Origin: a virus
Length of the DNA stretch: 64,000 nt
Virus record (IMG/VR): IMGVR_UViG_3300031834_001450
Location: 19,335-83,334 of that record
Reading direction: 5' to 3' (one strand)
Shown: piece after piece, positions 20,651 to 29,672 of the stretch
Layout: every line of letters begins with the position of its first letter
How positions within the stretch are numbered: position 1 is the first letter of the stretch
The notes under the pieces: model-generated
The model's database searches: none
What the model was told of the DNA's origin: nothing
What the model saw: the letters and a program-made list of their open reading frames with translations, nothing else
Program-made: the position numbers and the translations under genes

Positions 20651-20926
20651 TTATAGTTTATTATTATTTTTTAATTTTTTTTTAATAGAAGGTAATTTAT
20701 CTTCTTTTGTAAAATTCCTAATAAGACATAATTCTATATCTTGGTAATAAATAATAATTTCATCTTCATTTGCAGAAACTAAATGTATATTACCTTTACT
20801 ATCTACTGTAATAAATTGAGAAACATTAATTTTAACTACTTCTAAATATTGAATTTTTAATTTATCTTCTTGATTACTACAAGATATTAAAAATAATACA
20901 ATAAAAATAATAAATAATCTTTTCAT
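20651..20926 (-). CDS. Putative lipoprotein
   Basis: MKRLFIIFIVLFLISC signal peptide II/lipobox. Confidence 0.65.
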   Translation of the reverse strand: MKRLFIIFIVLFLISCSNQEDKLKIQYLEVVKINVSQFITVDSKGNIHLVSANEDEIIIYYQDIELCLIRNFTKEDKLPSIKKKLKNNNKL

Positions 20927-21273
20927 TTTTTTAATTCTTCCTTCATTTTTATGAAAATTTCAGGATATATTAAATCTACCCAAGCAGAATTAGAATGCAA
21001 TGTAATTTTACAGTAAAAACTAGAAATAGGATGAAGTCGATTAAGTTCTTCTGGAACATCTTCTAGTAAGCATTTAACAAGTTTCCATTCTATAATATTA
21101 CCTTGAGCAGCCCATTGATTAATAAGTAATTGTCCTTGAAATTGTTGTTGATATTGATATTGTCTTGTATAATTAAAATTATTTATTTCAATACCCTTAC
21201 CACTAAAGAACCAAATATTTATCCCTATTGATACTGCCAATAATAATCCTATTATTACTATTATTTTATTCAT
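20923..21273 (-). CDS. Membrane-anchored hypothetical protein
   Basis: N-terminal TM helix. Confidence 0.55.
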   Translation of the reverse strand: MNKIIVIIGLLLAVSIGINIWFFSGKGIEINNFNYTRQYQYQQQFQGQLLINQWAAQGNIIEWKLVKCLLEDVPEELNRLHPISSFYCKITLHSNSAWVDLIYPEIFIKMKEELKK

Positions 21274-21300
21274 TTTTTATTCTCCTTTTTATAAAAATTT

Positions 21301-21347
21301 GTTATCATTCATCCACGAAGTTGAAGACTTCGTGGATGAATGATAAC
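21301..21347. repeat. 21-bp perfect inverted repeat with 5-nt loop, IS200/IS605-end-like core
   Basis: GTTATCATTCATCCACGAAGT-TGAAG-ACTTCGTGGATGAATGATAAC. Confidence 0.85.
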
Positions 21348-21517
21348 TTTTTAATCATTCCATACTAAACTCCCTTGACTAAAATATTTTTCAACTACAT
21401 TTATGTTAAAATATTCTTTCTTTTTTACATTACCAAACAAAATATATAACCCTTTGTTAAACATTCCCTTACAAGAATATCTCTCACCTTTAGTCCAAAA
21501 TAGATCTAAAGGTTGAA

Positions 21518-21766
21518 TTATACTTCCTTATATTTTTTTAAAAATCTTTCTGGTGATATAGAATAATATATTCCTAAGATATCTTTAACAATATAATCAT
21601 TAATTTCACCAGTATGAATACCTAATATAACTTGATTATTAATTACTTCACCAAAAATTCCAATAAATTCTTCTATTTCAGTTTTATTTTTTCCTGTCCA
21701 TTGAATAACATTTAATTTTTGAGTAATTTTCATTTTTCCAACTAATTTGACGTATTGTTTTTCCAT
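21518..21766 (-). CDS. Conserved phage hypothetical protein
   Basis: IQWTG.N..EI.EF ... DYIVK ... F.K.Y pattern common in phages. Confidence 0.6.
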   Translation of the reverse strand: MEKQYVKLVGKMKITQKLNVIQWTGKNKTEIEEFIGIFGEVINNQVILGIHTGEINDYIVKDILGIYYSISPERFLKKYKEV

Positions 21767-21972
21767 ATATCCTCTAATTTTTTAAAATAATATTTTTATT
21801 TCTTTATAAAAAATACAATAAAAAATAAACCTATGCATAAACAAGTAATGAATAAATTATTTTGTAACCACATTAACAATTCAACTAAATTATATTGATT
21901 CATTTTTATTTTTTTACCATTTTTACCATTTATTTTTTTATCACTTCTTACTAATGAATTCCTTTTATCTAG

Positions 21973-22635
21973 TTATAAAAATAAATATTTATACCAATCT
22001 TCATCTGGCATCATATTTAAACATACCCATTTAGTATTAGTTTTTTTATATATATTTTCTAAATATTTATGCCAATGTCCAAATATCCAAATTTTAGGTT
22101 TATATTTTTGACATATTAAATTTAAAATTTGTCTTGATGGATCATTTACTTCATCATAGCATGGTACTTCAACATTAAAAAATATTGGACATGTATGAGA
22201 TATTACAATATCAGCTTTTTTAACATTTTCTTTAATATATTTAAAATCTTCATATGTTAATATTTCTTGATTCCACCATGAAATTTTAGGAAGTCTATAT
22301 TTTTTATCAATACTATCAGCACCACCTATAAATAAAATAGTTAGTTTGTTTATTATTAATGTAGACCCTATTGGACACATAAATATATTTTTTTCTATTT
22401 CAATTGGGTCTTTACCATATCTTCCAATTTTTTCTTCAAAAAGATCCCAATTGTCATGATTACCTGGAATAAAATATATTTTAGTATTTTGTGGTTTAAT
22501 TACTCCCTTATTCTCTTTTTTCCAATAATAAGCATTATCTCCACATTGTATTATAATATCTGGTTTTTCTAAAAAAATAAATTCATTGAATATATCAAAT
22601 TTACCATGTATATCTCCTACTACTATAATTTTCAT
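21973..22635 (-). CDS. Metallophosphoesterase
   Basis: GDIHG, GD, GNHD, SHTCP and GHWH motifs. Confidence 0.9.
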   Translation of the reverse strand: MKIIVVGDIHGKFDIFNEFIFLEKPDIIIQCGDNAYYWKKENKGVIKPQNTKIYFIPGNHDNWDLFEEKIGRYGKDPIEIEKNIFMCPIGSTLIINKLTILFIGGADSIDKKYRLPKISWWNQEILTYEDFKYIKENVKKADIVISHTCPIFFNVEVPCYDEVNDPSRQILNLICQKYKPKIWIFGHWHKYLENIYKKTNTKWVCLNMMPDEDWYKYLFL

Positions 22636-22863
22636 TTATTCTATTCCTAAATCAATAAGATACATAGCACTTACAAGACACTTAGTAAATTTACCACAAT
22701 TTTTACAAATAAAAGTATGATAGATAAGAGAAGTGTTTTTTAAAGAAATATTTATATTTTTAATATAAATAGTTCCTTTAGGAAATTTATCCCCAGTTAC
22801 AGAAATTAGTTCTAATTGATTATTACACTCTTCACAATTAATGTGATCAAGTTGTAATATCAT
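22636..22863 (-). CDS. Zn-ribbon hypothetical protein
   Basis: CEEC...CKNC. Confidence 0.55.
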   Translation of the reverse strand: MILQLDHINCEECNNQLELISVTGDKFPKGTIYIKNINISLKNTSLIYHTFICKNCGKFTKCLVSAMYLIDLGIE

Positions 22864-22895
22864 TATCTACTCCTATACAACTATAGACCTTTTAT

Positions 22896-23129
22896 TTATT
22901 TATATATGTCAAAAATTCCTTTTTCAGAAAAAAAATGATTTTGTAAATTACTAAAATGTTTAATTGCAAATCCATGAAAAATATAAATATGATTTTTTCT
23001 TTCTGCATCATATGAAATATTTTTAATTTCATAAAAACAATCATCCAACTTTCTTTTTAGTATATCACCTATTTTTAAATCTGAATAAGATTTTGTTTCT
23101 TGTAAAATAAAATTAGAACTTAATAACAT
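22896..23129 (-). CDS. Hypothetical protein
   Basis: ORF in operon. Confidence 0.5.
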   Translation of the reverse strand: MLLSSNFILQETKSYSDLKIGDILKRKLDDCFYEIKNISYDAERKNHIYIFHGFAIKHFSNLQNHFFSEKGIFDIYK

Positions 23130-23130
23130 T

Positions 23131-23388
23131 TTATTTTTTTATCCTTTTTCCTTTAAAATTTCCATATTTACTTGGCATTGGTGTTATATTATTTTCAAAA
23201 CCATTATTACTATTTCCTAACATACCCCCAGCAACAGAAAAATCACCAATTCCCCAAATTCTATAAGTATCAATACTTCCACATAAAGAACATTTGTAAG
23301 AACTTTCAAAATTTTCTTCTATTGTTTTTTTCCAAACATCAAAAGGTTGAGAACATTTTGAACATTTAAAAGTTGTTTGAATAGTCAT
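23131..23388 (-). CDS. FmdB-like Zn-ribbon protein (start re-called at MTIQTT)
   Basis: FKCSKCS.PF...CSLCGS; the longer ORF-track start overlaps the helicase gene. Confidence 0.65.
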   Translation of the reverse strand: MTIQTTFKCSKCSQPFDVWKKTIEENFESSYKCSLCGSIDTYRIWGIGDFSVAGGMLGNSNNGFENNITPMPSKYGNFKGKRIKK

Positions 23389-23467
23389 TATATTTTTTCC
23401 ATATTTATTATTTTTAATATTTTTAATTAGTAGTATTAAGAAATTCCTTCTTTTAATTAAAAAATAA

Positions 23468-24850
23468 TTATTTTTTATTTTCTCGATAAGGAAAAAGTTT
23501 AAAAGAATTATCTCCAAAAATAAAGGGAGTTCGACTAAGATAAGGAGAATCATTTTGTTTGCATATATTTACCCAAATTAAATCAGTAGAAATATTCCAT
23601 TCCTCCTCCCGATTTGGAAAATATCTTCTTTTTAAAGTCAATGGTCGATTAATAGCCATTACTACTCGTGATCTTGCTGCATAAACACTTCCACCTTCTA
23701 CCATTTCTGGTTGAAGACAAAAAGTATCACAAACTTCTGGAGTAGAAAACATTTTTCCTCCACGAAAGAGGTTTTCGTTAGATTGTAAAATATTTATAAT
23801 ATGTATTTTATGTTTTTTTGCTATTTGTAATAATCTATTAACTCCAGGTTTTAAATCTGTTCCTGCTTTACCAGATAATTCTTCAATTTGTTCTGTAAGA
23901 TCTATTGTAACTACACAATATCCATCTTCTGGTAATACTCCTGCTTTATTAAATTTTTGTTTACATTTATAAATATAAGTATCTAATTCATTTAATGTTA
24001 ACATTGGTTCTGCGTAATAAGCAAAATTTTTTCTAGTTTCTTTTAATTTTAAATTATCTTCTATTATTTGTTTAGTTTCTTCTGATTTATTATTAGATAA
24101 TAATTCTTCAAGTGATAAATTAGTTTCCATAGAAACAAATCGATCCATATTACTTTCTTCTATCATTTCAAGATTTATTGAAATAACACAAGTACCCTTA
24201 TTAACAAGAATATTTTCTATACATTTACATAGAATACTTTTTCCACTCCCTTTCATACCAAAAATAACTGTCATTTCTCCAACAGCAGCAGGTCTTATTA
24301 ACATTTTATCAATTACTTTAAAACCATAACTTCTTTTATTTAAACCATCTTCTCTTTTTCTTAAAATTTCCCTATATGTTGTAGAAAGTTCATCATAAGT
24401 TCTTACTGTTTTATCATCATCAAGTTTAATAGAATTATAAAGTATACTATCAGCAAGATTTCTGATAATATCATAATTAAGCCCACCATCTGAAACACTT
24501 TGAGTTAAAAATTGTTCAATAGTATTTCCTATTTTTAATTTTATTGTATAATCTTTAATATTTTTAATATATGTTTTAATAATATTAAAATCTATACTTG
24601 GTTTATTAAAAATAGATTCTATAAATTCTTGACTAACTTCTTGACAATATTTTTGGATGGCTCTTTTATCAATTACTTGTACATCTTTTTTTGTATGTAA
24701 ATCAATAATAGTATTATATATTATTTTACTATTTTTATTTATAAAATCTTTTTCAGAAATAAAAAAATAATCTTTAGGAGTTTTTAAAAAATATGACAAT
24801 ACCCATAATTCATCTTCTTCTACAGAGGGAACAAATTTAACAAATGACAT
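23468..24850 (-). CDS. DnaB-like replicative helicase
   Basis: GMKGSGKS Walker A, INLEM, LQSN and NRP motifs. Confidence 0.8.
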   Translation of the reverse strand: MSFVKFVPSVEEDELWVLSYFLKTPKDYFFISEKDFINKNSKIIYNTIIDLHTKKDVQVIDKRAIQKYCQEVSQEFIESIFNKPSIDFNIIKTYIKNIKDYTIKLKIGNTIEQFLTQSVSDGGLNYDIIRNLADSILYNSIKLDDDKTVRTYDELSTTYREILRKREDGLNKRSYGFKVIDKMLIRPAAVGEMTVIFGMKGSGKSILCKCIENILVNKGTCVISINLEMIEESNMDRFVSMETNLSLEELLSNNKSEETKQIIEDNLKLKETRKNFAYYAEPMLTLNELDTYIYKCKQKFNKAGVLPEDGYCVVTIDLTEQIEELSGKAGTDLKPGVNRLLQIAKKHKIHIINILQSNENLFRGGKMFSTPEVCDTFCLQPEMVEGGSVYAARSRVVMAINRPLTLKRRYFPNREEEWNISTDLIWVNICKQNDSPYLSRTPFIFGDNSFKLFPYRENKK

Positions 24851-24895
24851 AAAATTTCCTTTATACTATATAGTATATAAAATTTATTTAAAAAA

Positions 24896-25840
24896 TTAAA
24901 CAGTCAATACTCTCTTATATCTCTTTCTTTCTAAAAAATTATGTGAATCTCTTTTAGGATCAATCATAAAATTAAAAAATGGAATATCTAAAAGTGCAAA
25001 CCAACTCCTTAATTTTTCAATGTTTAATAAACATTTATAAGCAATATCTGTAAAAGTTAAATCTAAGGTAATAAAATCAACTAATTGATAATTTATTTTT
25101 AATTGAATTTGTGCTTCTTGTATTTTTAATTTCCATTGTTTTGGAATTTCTTCATTTTTCCACATATTAGCAAGTAAGTCATAAATACTATCATAATTTT
25201 CTATAATATGACTTAAAATTATTTTTGGTAAATAAGGTACAGCATTTTCAATGCAATCACTTTTATCTCCATGAATTGCTTTATATATTTTAACACCGTT
25301 ACCAGAAGGATTAAATCCATAATCGTCAATAAAAGTGTCTACATCATATACTTTATGATAATTAAACCAATAAATTCTATTTTCTTGTGAAACGCTTCTT
25401 GCCCAGTCAAGATCAGCACTTATAAGTAAACAAGAATTTTTTACTTTATTAATAATTGGCAATACTAAATCATCTGCTTCACATTTATTATGTGAAACTA
25501 TATAAAAATTATTATCATAAGATTTTAATATTTCTATAAGTTTTTCTAAAGATTTATAAAATACTTGAGGAATATTTTTATTTTTTCTCGCATGTTTATA
25601 AGATGAATCAATTAATTCTCTTTCATTTATTTTTGAAAAGGGATTATCATGCAGTATATATACATTAGTTTCATTATTTCCATAAACATTTTTAAGTTGA
25701 TTTATTCTTTCAAGAGAATCTTGAATAATCATAGAATAAAATTTATCTTCCTCTTCTTGTTCTATAATTTTTTTAATTGTGTTTGTTATAGAACGCCAAT
25801 ATAAATTATTAAGGTCGATTATTACATTAGCAAATTTCAA
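24896..25840 (-). CDS. 5'-3' exonuclease / flap endonuclease (T4 RNase H-like)
   Basis: IIDLNNL, YK..R, EADD, SADLDW and GDKSDCI. Confidence 0.9.
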   Translation of the reverse strand: MKFANVIIDLNNLYWRSITNTIKKIIEQEEEDKFYSMIIQDSLERINQLKNVYGNNETNVYILHDNPFSKINERELIDSSYKHARKNKNIPQVFYKSLEKLIEILKSYDNNFYIVSHNKCEADDLVLPIINKVKNSCLLISADLDWARSVSQENRIYWFNYHKVYDVDTFIDDYGFNPSGNGVKIYKAIHGDKSDCIENAVPYLPKIILSHIIENYDSIYDLLANMWKNEEIPKQWKLKIQEAQIQLKINYQLVDFITLDLTFTDIAYKCLLNIEKLRSWFALLDIPFFNFMIDPKRDSHNFLERKRYKRVLTV

Positions 25841-26308
25841 TTATTTTTCTCCTTCAGTAAATTCACTTTGTTTTAATTTATTGTGAACATCTATTAGATC
25901 AAGTAATTCCTTGAGTTTTTTAGTTTGTTCTATTGTTACAATTCCATCAAGTCCAAGTAGAGGTTTATCTGGTGGAAACATTTCAGATTCTTTTTCCATT
26001 TTAATAGAAGCTTCTAATATTTTTAAAATTGGAGTAGCTGCTTCAGTTTCTCCTTTAGATAATATTTCAACTAATTTTATTAAAACTCCATAAGGAACAT
26101 CTTCATCTTCTTTTTCTAATTTAGCAAGAAGCAGAGTATCTACTTTTTGTTTTAATACTGAAGTACTTGTTGATTTTTTAATATATGCATTTACAAAATT
26201 AAATATATTTTCCTTAGCAATTTCTTTTATATTATTTCTATCAATTTGAGAATTTGATTCAGTTGTTATATCATCTATTTTTGTTATTAACTCTTTTTCA
26301 ATATTCAT
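25841..26308 (-). CDS. Hypothetical protein
   Basis: ORF in operon. Confidence 0.6.
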   Translation of the reverse strand: MNIEKELITKIDDITTESNSQIDRNNIKEIAKENIFNFVNAYIKKSTSTSVLKQKVDTLLLAKLEKEDEDVPYGVLIKLVEILSKGETEAATPILKILEASIKMEKESEMFPPDKPLLGLDGIVTIEQTKKLKELLDLIDVHNKLKQSEFTEGEK

Positions 26309-26780
26309 TTAGTTCTTCTTCCTTAACAGAATTTAAAGTTCTATAAAAATTTACAAATTCTTTTTCATCTATATTATTAAGTGTATTAATTAAATCTTGT
26401 CCTAACGCCTCTTTAATTTTATTTATTTTACCTCCAATACTTATAGAGCTTAATAATTCTTTATGAGAATCAGGAATGTCTAAATAATCTTTTATATCTG
26501 TCCAAGTATACCCTTTAAAAATTTTTAGCCAAAAACATAAAGCAGTAAGAACACTTGTTTTATATGCTTCTCTAGAAGGAAGTCTTAAAATATCTCCATC
26601 ATAATAAATTAAAAGTTTTTGTAGGGATTCATTATCTAAAATTTTAGCAAGTAAATATAAATCATGTTGTTTATGATCTAAAGAATAAATATATAAAGAT
26701 AACTCATTAAATATTTGTTCATTTAATATATTTTCTTTTTTAAAATAATTCTCTAACGTAGCATGCAAAAATTTATTCAT
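26298..26780 (-). CDS. Possible Mor-like transcription regulator
   Basis: LQKLLIYYDGDILRLP resembles the Mor-family L...GG..(I/L).IP motif. Confidence 0.4.
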   Translation of the reverse strand: MNKFLHATLENYFKKENILNEQIFNELSLYIYSLDHKQHDLYLLAKILDNESLQKLLIYYDGDILRLPSREAYKTSVLTALCFWLKIFKGYTWTDIKDYLDIPDSHKELLSSISIGGKINKIKEALGQDLINTLNNIDEKEFVNFYRTLNSVKEEELNEY

Positions 26781-26870
26781 AAAAGTATAATTCCTCTAAT
26801 TTTTTATATTAGTATTCTTTTGTTTTTCTCAGAACTAATATTAAAAAAGAAGTATTTTTTATGAATAAAA

Positions 26871-27788
26871 TTAAGAAAGTAATTGTTTATTTATTTGAAG
26901 CATTTTATTTAATAGAGGATATTTTAAATTTTTATTTATTGGTATTATTTTTTCTTTTGGATAAAAACAATTTATTGCTTGTCCATAACAAAGTTCAGAT
27001 GAATTTTCTAATTCTTTTCTTAATATTTCTAAAGTATCAAGTGATTTCATTCGGCCCTCTCTTCCAAATGCCTGAAATAATCTATCAAATGAATTTTCTC
27101 CATATTTAAAATTTAAATGCATTGCAATAGTTCTTATATAATCTTCATATGGATTTTTACAATAGTTGCTAACTCCTTCTATAAGATCCATTATTTTATA
27201 ATAAAGTCTTATTGTATCTTCTTCCACTTCTACTTTATGTATTGTATCTTTATCACATGGAATAAGTTCATGTAAATTATTTCCATCTTCAAATTGAAAA
27301 TCAAGGGAGATATCTTTTGATTCTAATTCAGATGGATGAAATATAGCTTGTTTAATTTTCCATATTAAATAACCACCAAAAGAAAAATCAACTTTAAAAT
27401 CATCTCTTGTTAAATATTCTTCTATGAAAACAACAACAGAATTATAACTATAATATTCTAACGCCCCTATCCATGTTAAATATATTTTATAATTTTTTTT
27501 AATAAGTGATTGAGTATATAAATCAAGTAATCTTATAAATGGAGTTATTGTTTTTTCACATCGGTTATTTAAATAATCTGCTTGTAAATATTTTAATTTT
27601 CTTTCAGTTGGTGGTAATATACACCATTGTTCATTGCATTTAGGACAAATACAATTATTATTTTGCCATTGTTTTTTTATCTCAATATTAGAAATTTTAA
27701 ATTCATTATTACAATATTTACATTTAAGAGGTTTTCCTCTATTTTCAATTAATTTAGTTTCTTCAAATAGAATATCTATTTTAAGCAT
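26871..27788 (-). CDS. Sigma-factor-like protein with N-terminal Zn ribbon
   Basis: FSFGGYLIWKIKQAI resembles sigma70 region 2.3-2.4 (FSTYA.WWIRQAI); ISLDFQFEDGNNLHELI resembles region 3.2; CKYC/CPKC at the N-terminus. Confidence 0.6.
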   Translation of the reverse strand: MLKIDILFEETKLIENRGKPLKCKYCNNEFKISNIEIKKQWQNNNCICPKCNEQWCILPPTERKLKYLQADYLNNRCEKTITPFIRLLDLYTQSLIKKNYKIYLTWIGALEYYSYNSVVVFIEEYLTRDDFKVDFSFGGYLIWKIKQAIFHPSELESKDISLDFQFEDGNNLHELIPCDKDTIHKVEVEEDTIRLYYKIMDLIEGVSNYCKNPYEDYIRTIAMHLNFKYGENSFDRLFQAFGREGRMKSLDTLEILRKELENSSELCYGQAINCFYPKEKIIPINKNLKYPLLNKMLQINKQLLS

Positions 27789-27869
27789 TTTTTTTTCCTT
27801 AAAAAAATTCTTCTATTTAATATAATAGAAGAATTTTAAGTTAATTTATTTAAATTAAATTAAATTAAA

Positions 27870-28049
27870 TTAACAATAACTACTATCAGAGAATTTACAA
27901 AGATTTTGATTTTCACACCATATCATTACTTGAGCTCTTGGAAGTTTAAGTTTTTCTGCAATTTTTCTTGCATTTTTTGTTGTTTTCCATTCTTTCATTA
28001 CTTCTTTTTGTTCTTTTGTAGTGAGAGTGACTGTTGTTGGTCTTGACAT
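27870..28049 (-). CDS. Small HTH protein, 59 aa (absent from ORF track)
   Basis: AGGAGA RBS; MSRPTTVTLTTKEQKEVMKEWKTTKNARKIAEKLKLPRAQVMIWCENQNLCKFSDSSYC with an RKIAEKL HTH pattern. Confidence 0.65.
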   Translation of the reverse strand: MSRPTTVTLTTKEQKEVMKEWKTTKNARKIAEKLKLPRAQVMIWCENQNLCKFSDSSYC

Positions 28050-28168
28050 TAAAGTCTCCTATAAATTTAATTTTATTATTAACTATCTAATGATAGCAAA
28101 TAGTTTATTCATAGTTTATTCATAATCTTTTATAAAAAGGTTTTATAAAATATAACTCATATTTTTTA

Positions 28169-28354
28169 TTATTCTTTAAAAGATCCTTCTGCTTTTAATT
28201 CATCAAGTATATATTCTTTATCTGCAAAAGATAATTTCATAAATTCTTTATCTTTCTTTACATCTTTAAATGAACCATATTTTCCTTTAAATTCTCCTAC
28301 AAGCTCATTTAAATCTTTTTTACTTGCCTCTTTATACTTTACATATTTTTTCAT
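28169..28354 (-). CDS. Small protein with MKKYVKY.E leader, possible internal head protein
   Basis: Shares its N-terminal peptide with the neighbouring gene. Confidence 0.5.
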   Translation of the reverse strand: MKKYVKYKEASKKDLNELVGEFKGKYGSFKDVKKDKEFMKLSFADKEYILDELKAEGSFKE

Positions 28355-28729
28355 TTAATTACCTCGTTTAAATGCTACTTTTTTCTTATCAAAATTAAAA
28401 AATTCATCTGAAACTAAAAATATATTATTTTGTTTTGAATTATCATTAAATGAGGAATCTTCAACAGAAGGTATAATCTTCATTAATTTTCCCATAATCT
28501 CTTTTGCTACTTTTTCATTTTGCTGTTTTTGCTGTTTTAAACTTTGTCCTAAGCTAGTATCTTTATTTCCCATGGAAACAACTTGTCCAGATCCTCCTGT
28601 TATAGTTTTTAAATTAATAAACATAAAATTATCTTCTATTCTATAACTTACTACTTCTTCATAATCTTTTAAATAATTATAAACTTTTAATTCTACAGCA
28701 CTTTCTTCATATTTTACGTATTTTTTCAT
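28355..28729 (-). CDS. Protein with MKKYVKY.E leader, possible internal head protein
   Basis: Shares its N-terminal peptide with the neighbouring gene. Confidence 0.5.
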   Translation of the reverse strand: MKKYVKYEESAVELKVYNYLKDYEEVVSYRIEDNFMFINLKTITGGSGQVVSMGNKDTSLGQSLKQQKQQNEKVAKEIMGKLMKIIPSVEDSSFNDNSKQNNIFLVSDEFFNFDKKKVAFKRGN

Positions 28730-28773
28730 TTTTTACCTCAAGTTTATTTTATTTTTCTATATTAATAGAAAAA

Positions 28774-29277
28774 TTAACTATAAAATATTTTTATATCTAT
28801 TTCATTTTCATTACAGTAATCTACAATAAATTCAGGTATTCTATGTATTGGCCATTTACAAAAACCTAGTTTTTCTCCTAAATAATATTGTCTATAGGAT
28901 TTTACAGCATCTTTACATTTATATTGTTCTGGCATAGCTAATTTAAATTGAGTAAGTCCTCTAGATTTTAACTTTGATTGGTTAAAATTATGAATTACTT
29001 GTTCACTTTTATGAACTCTACCATATCTATAAGTATATTCTTTACAAAGTCCTAATGTATATATTTTAAGCCATTCAAAATTATCTAAACTTTCTCTCGC
29101 CCATATACAACAAGGATGATTATAATGTGTCCTTTTATAAAGTACTTCTGATTGATCAAAACAATTACATAGAATTTGAACACTCTCCAATATCATTTTC
29201 ACATTATGTTTATTACAAAGCATAATTGAATTATCTATTGGATTTTCATTTAATACAAAAATATTCAAAATATCCAT
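28774..29277 (-). CDS. Pyrimidine-dimer DNA glycosylase (DenV-like family)
   Basis: NIFVL, H.VKMILES.Q.L, YK.THYNHPC.IWARES and YR.YY. Confidence 0.8.
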   Translation of the reverse strand: MDILNIFVLNENPIDNSIMLCNKHNVKMILESVQILCNCFDQSEVLYKRTHYNHPCCIWARESLDNFEWLKIYTLGLCKEYTYRYGRVHKSEQVIHNFNQSKLKSRGLTQFKLAMPEQYKCKDAVKSYRQYYLGEKLGFCKWPIHRIPEFIVDYCNENEIDIKIFYS

Positions 29278-29334
29278 CCTTAGTTAATTTAAAAACAATG
29301 TAAAATAATTATATAAATAACTTTTTAAAAATTA

Positions 29335-29616
29335 TTATGAACAAGTATTACAATTTATAATATTTAAATCTATATTACCAAAAAGTGTAACTTTACATCC
29401 ACAATTACATAAAAAACTTCTTGATAATACTTTTTCTTGTTCAAGAATTTCTTTTTTTTCATCTCGTTTTTCTTTTATTACAGTAAGTACTGCTTGATTT
29501 TCTTCATGTTTAGTAAGTTTTTTATTTTTTATTTTATTATCTTTTTTTAATTTTTCAACTTCTTTTTTAAGTTTTTTTTTCTTTTCTTTTCTTTTTATAG
29601 TTTCTGGTCTTTCCAT
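29335..29616 (-). CDS. Basic protein with C-terminal Zn ribbon
   Basis: Lys-rich; CNCG...CNTC. Confidence 0.5.
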   Translation of the reverse strand: MERPETIKRKEKKKKLKKEVEKLKKDNKIKNKKLTKHEENQAVLTVIKEKRDEKKEILEQEKVLSRSFLCNCGCKVTLFGNIDLNIINCNTCS

Positions 29617-29672
29617 TTTAATATCCCTTTTTTAAAAGCTTATATTTATAATATATAAAAAAATTTAAAAAA

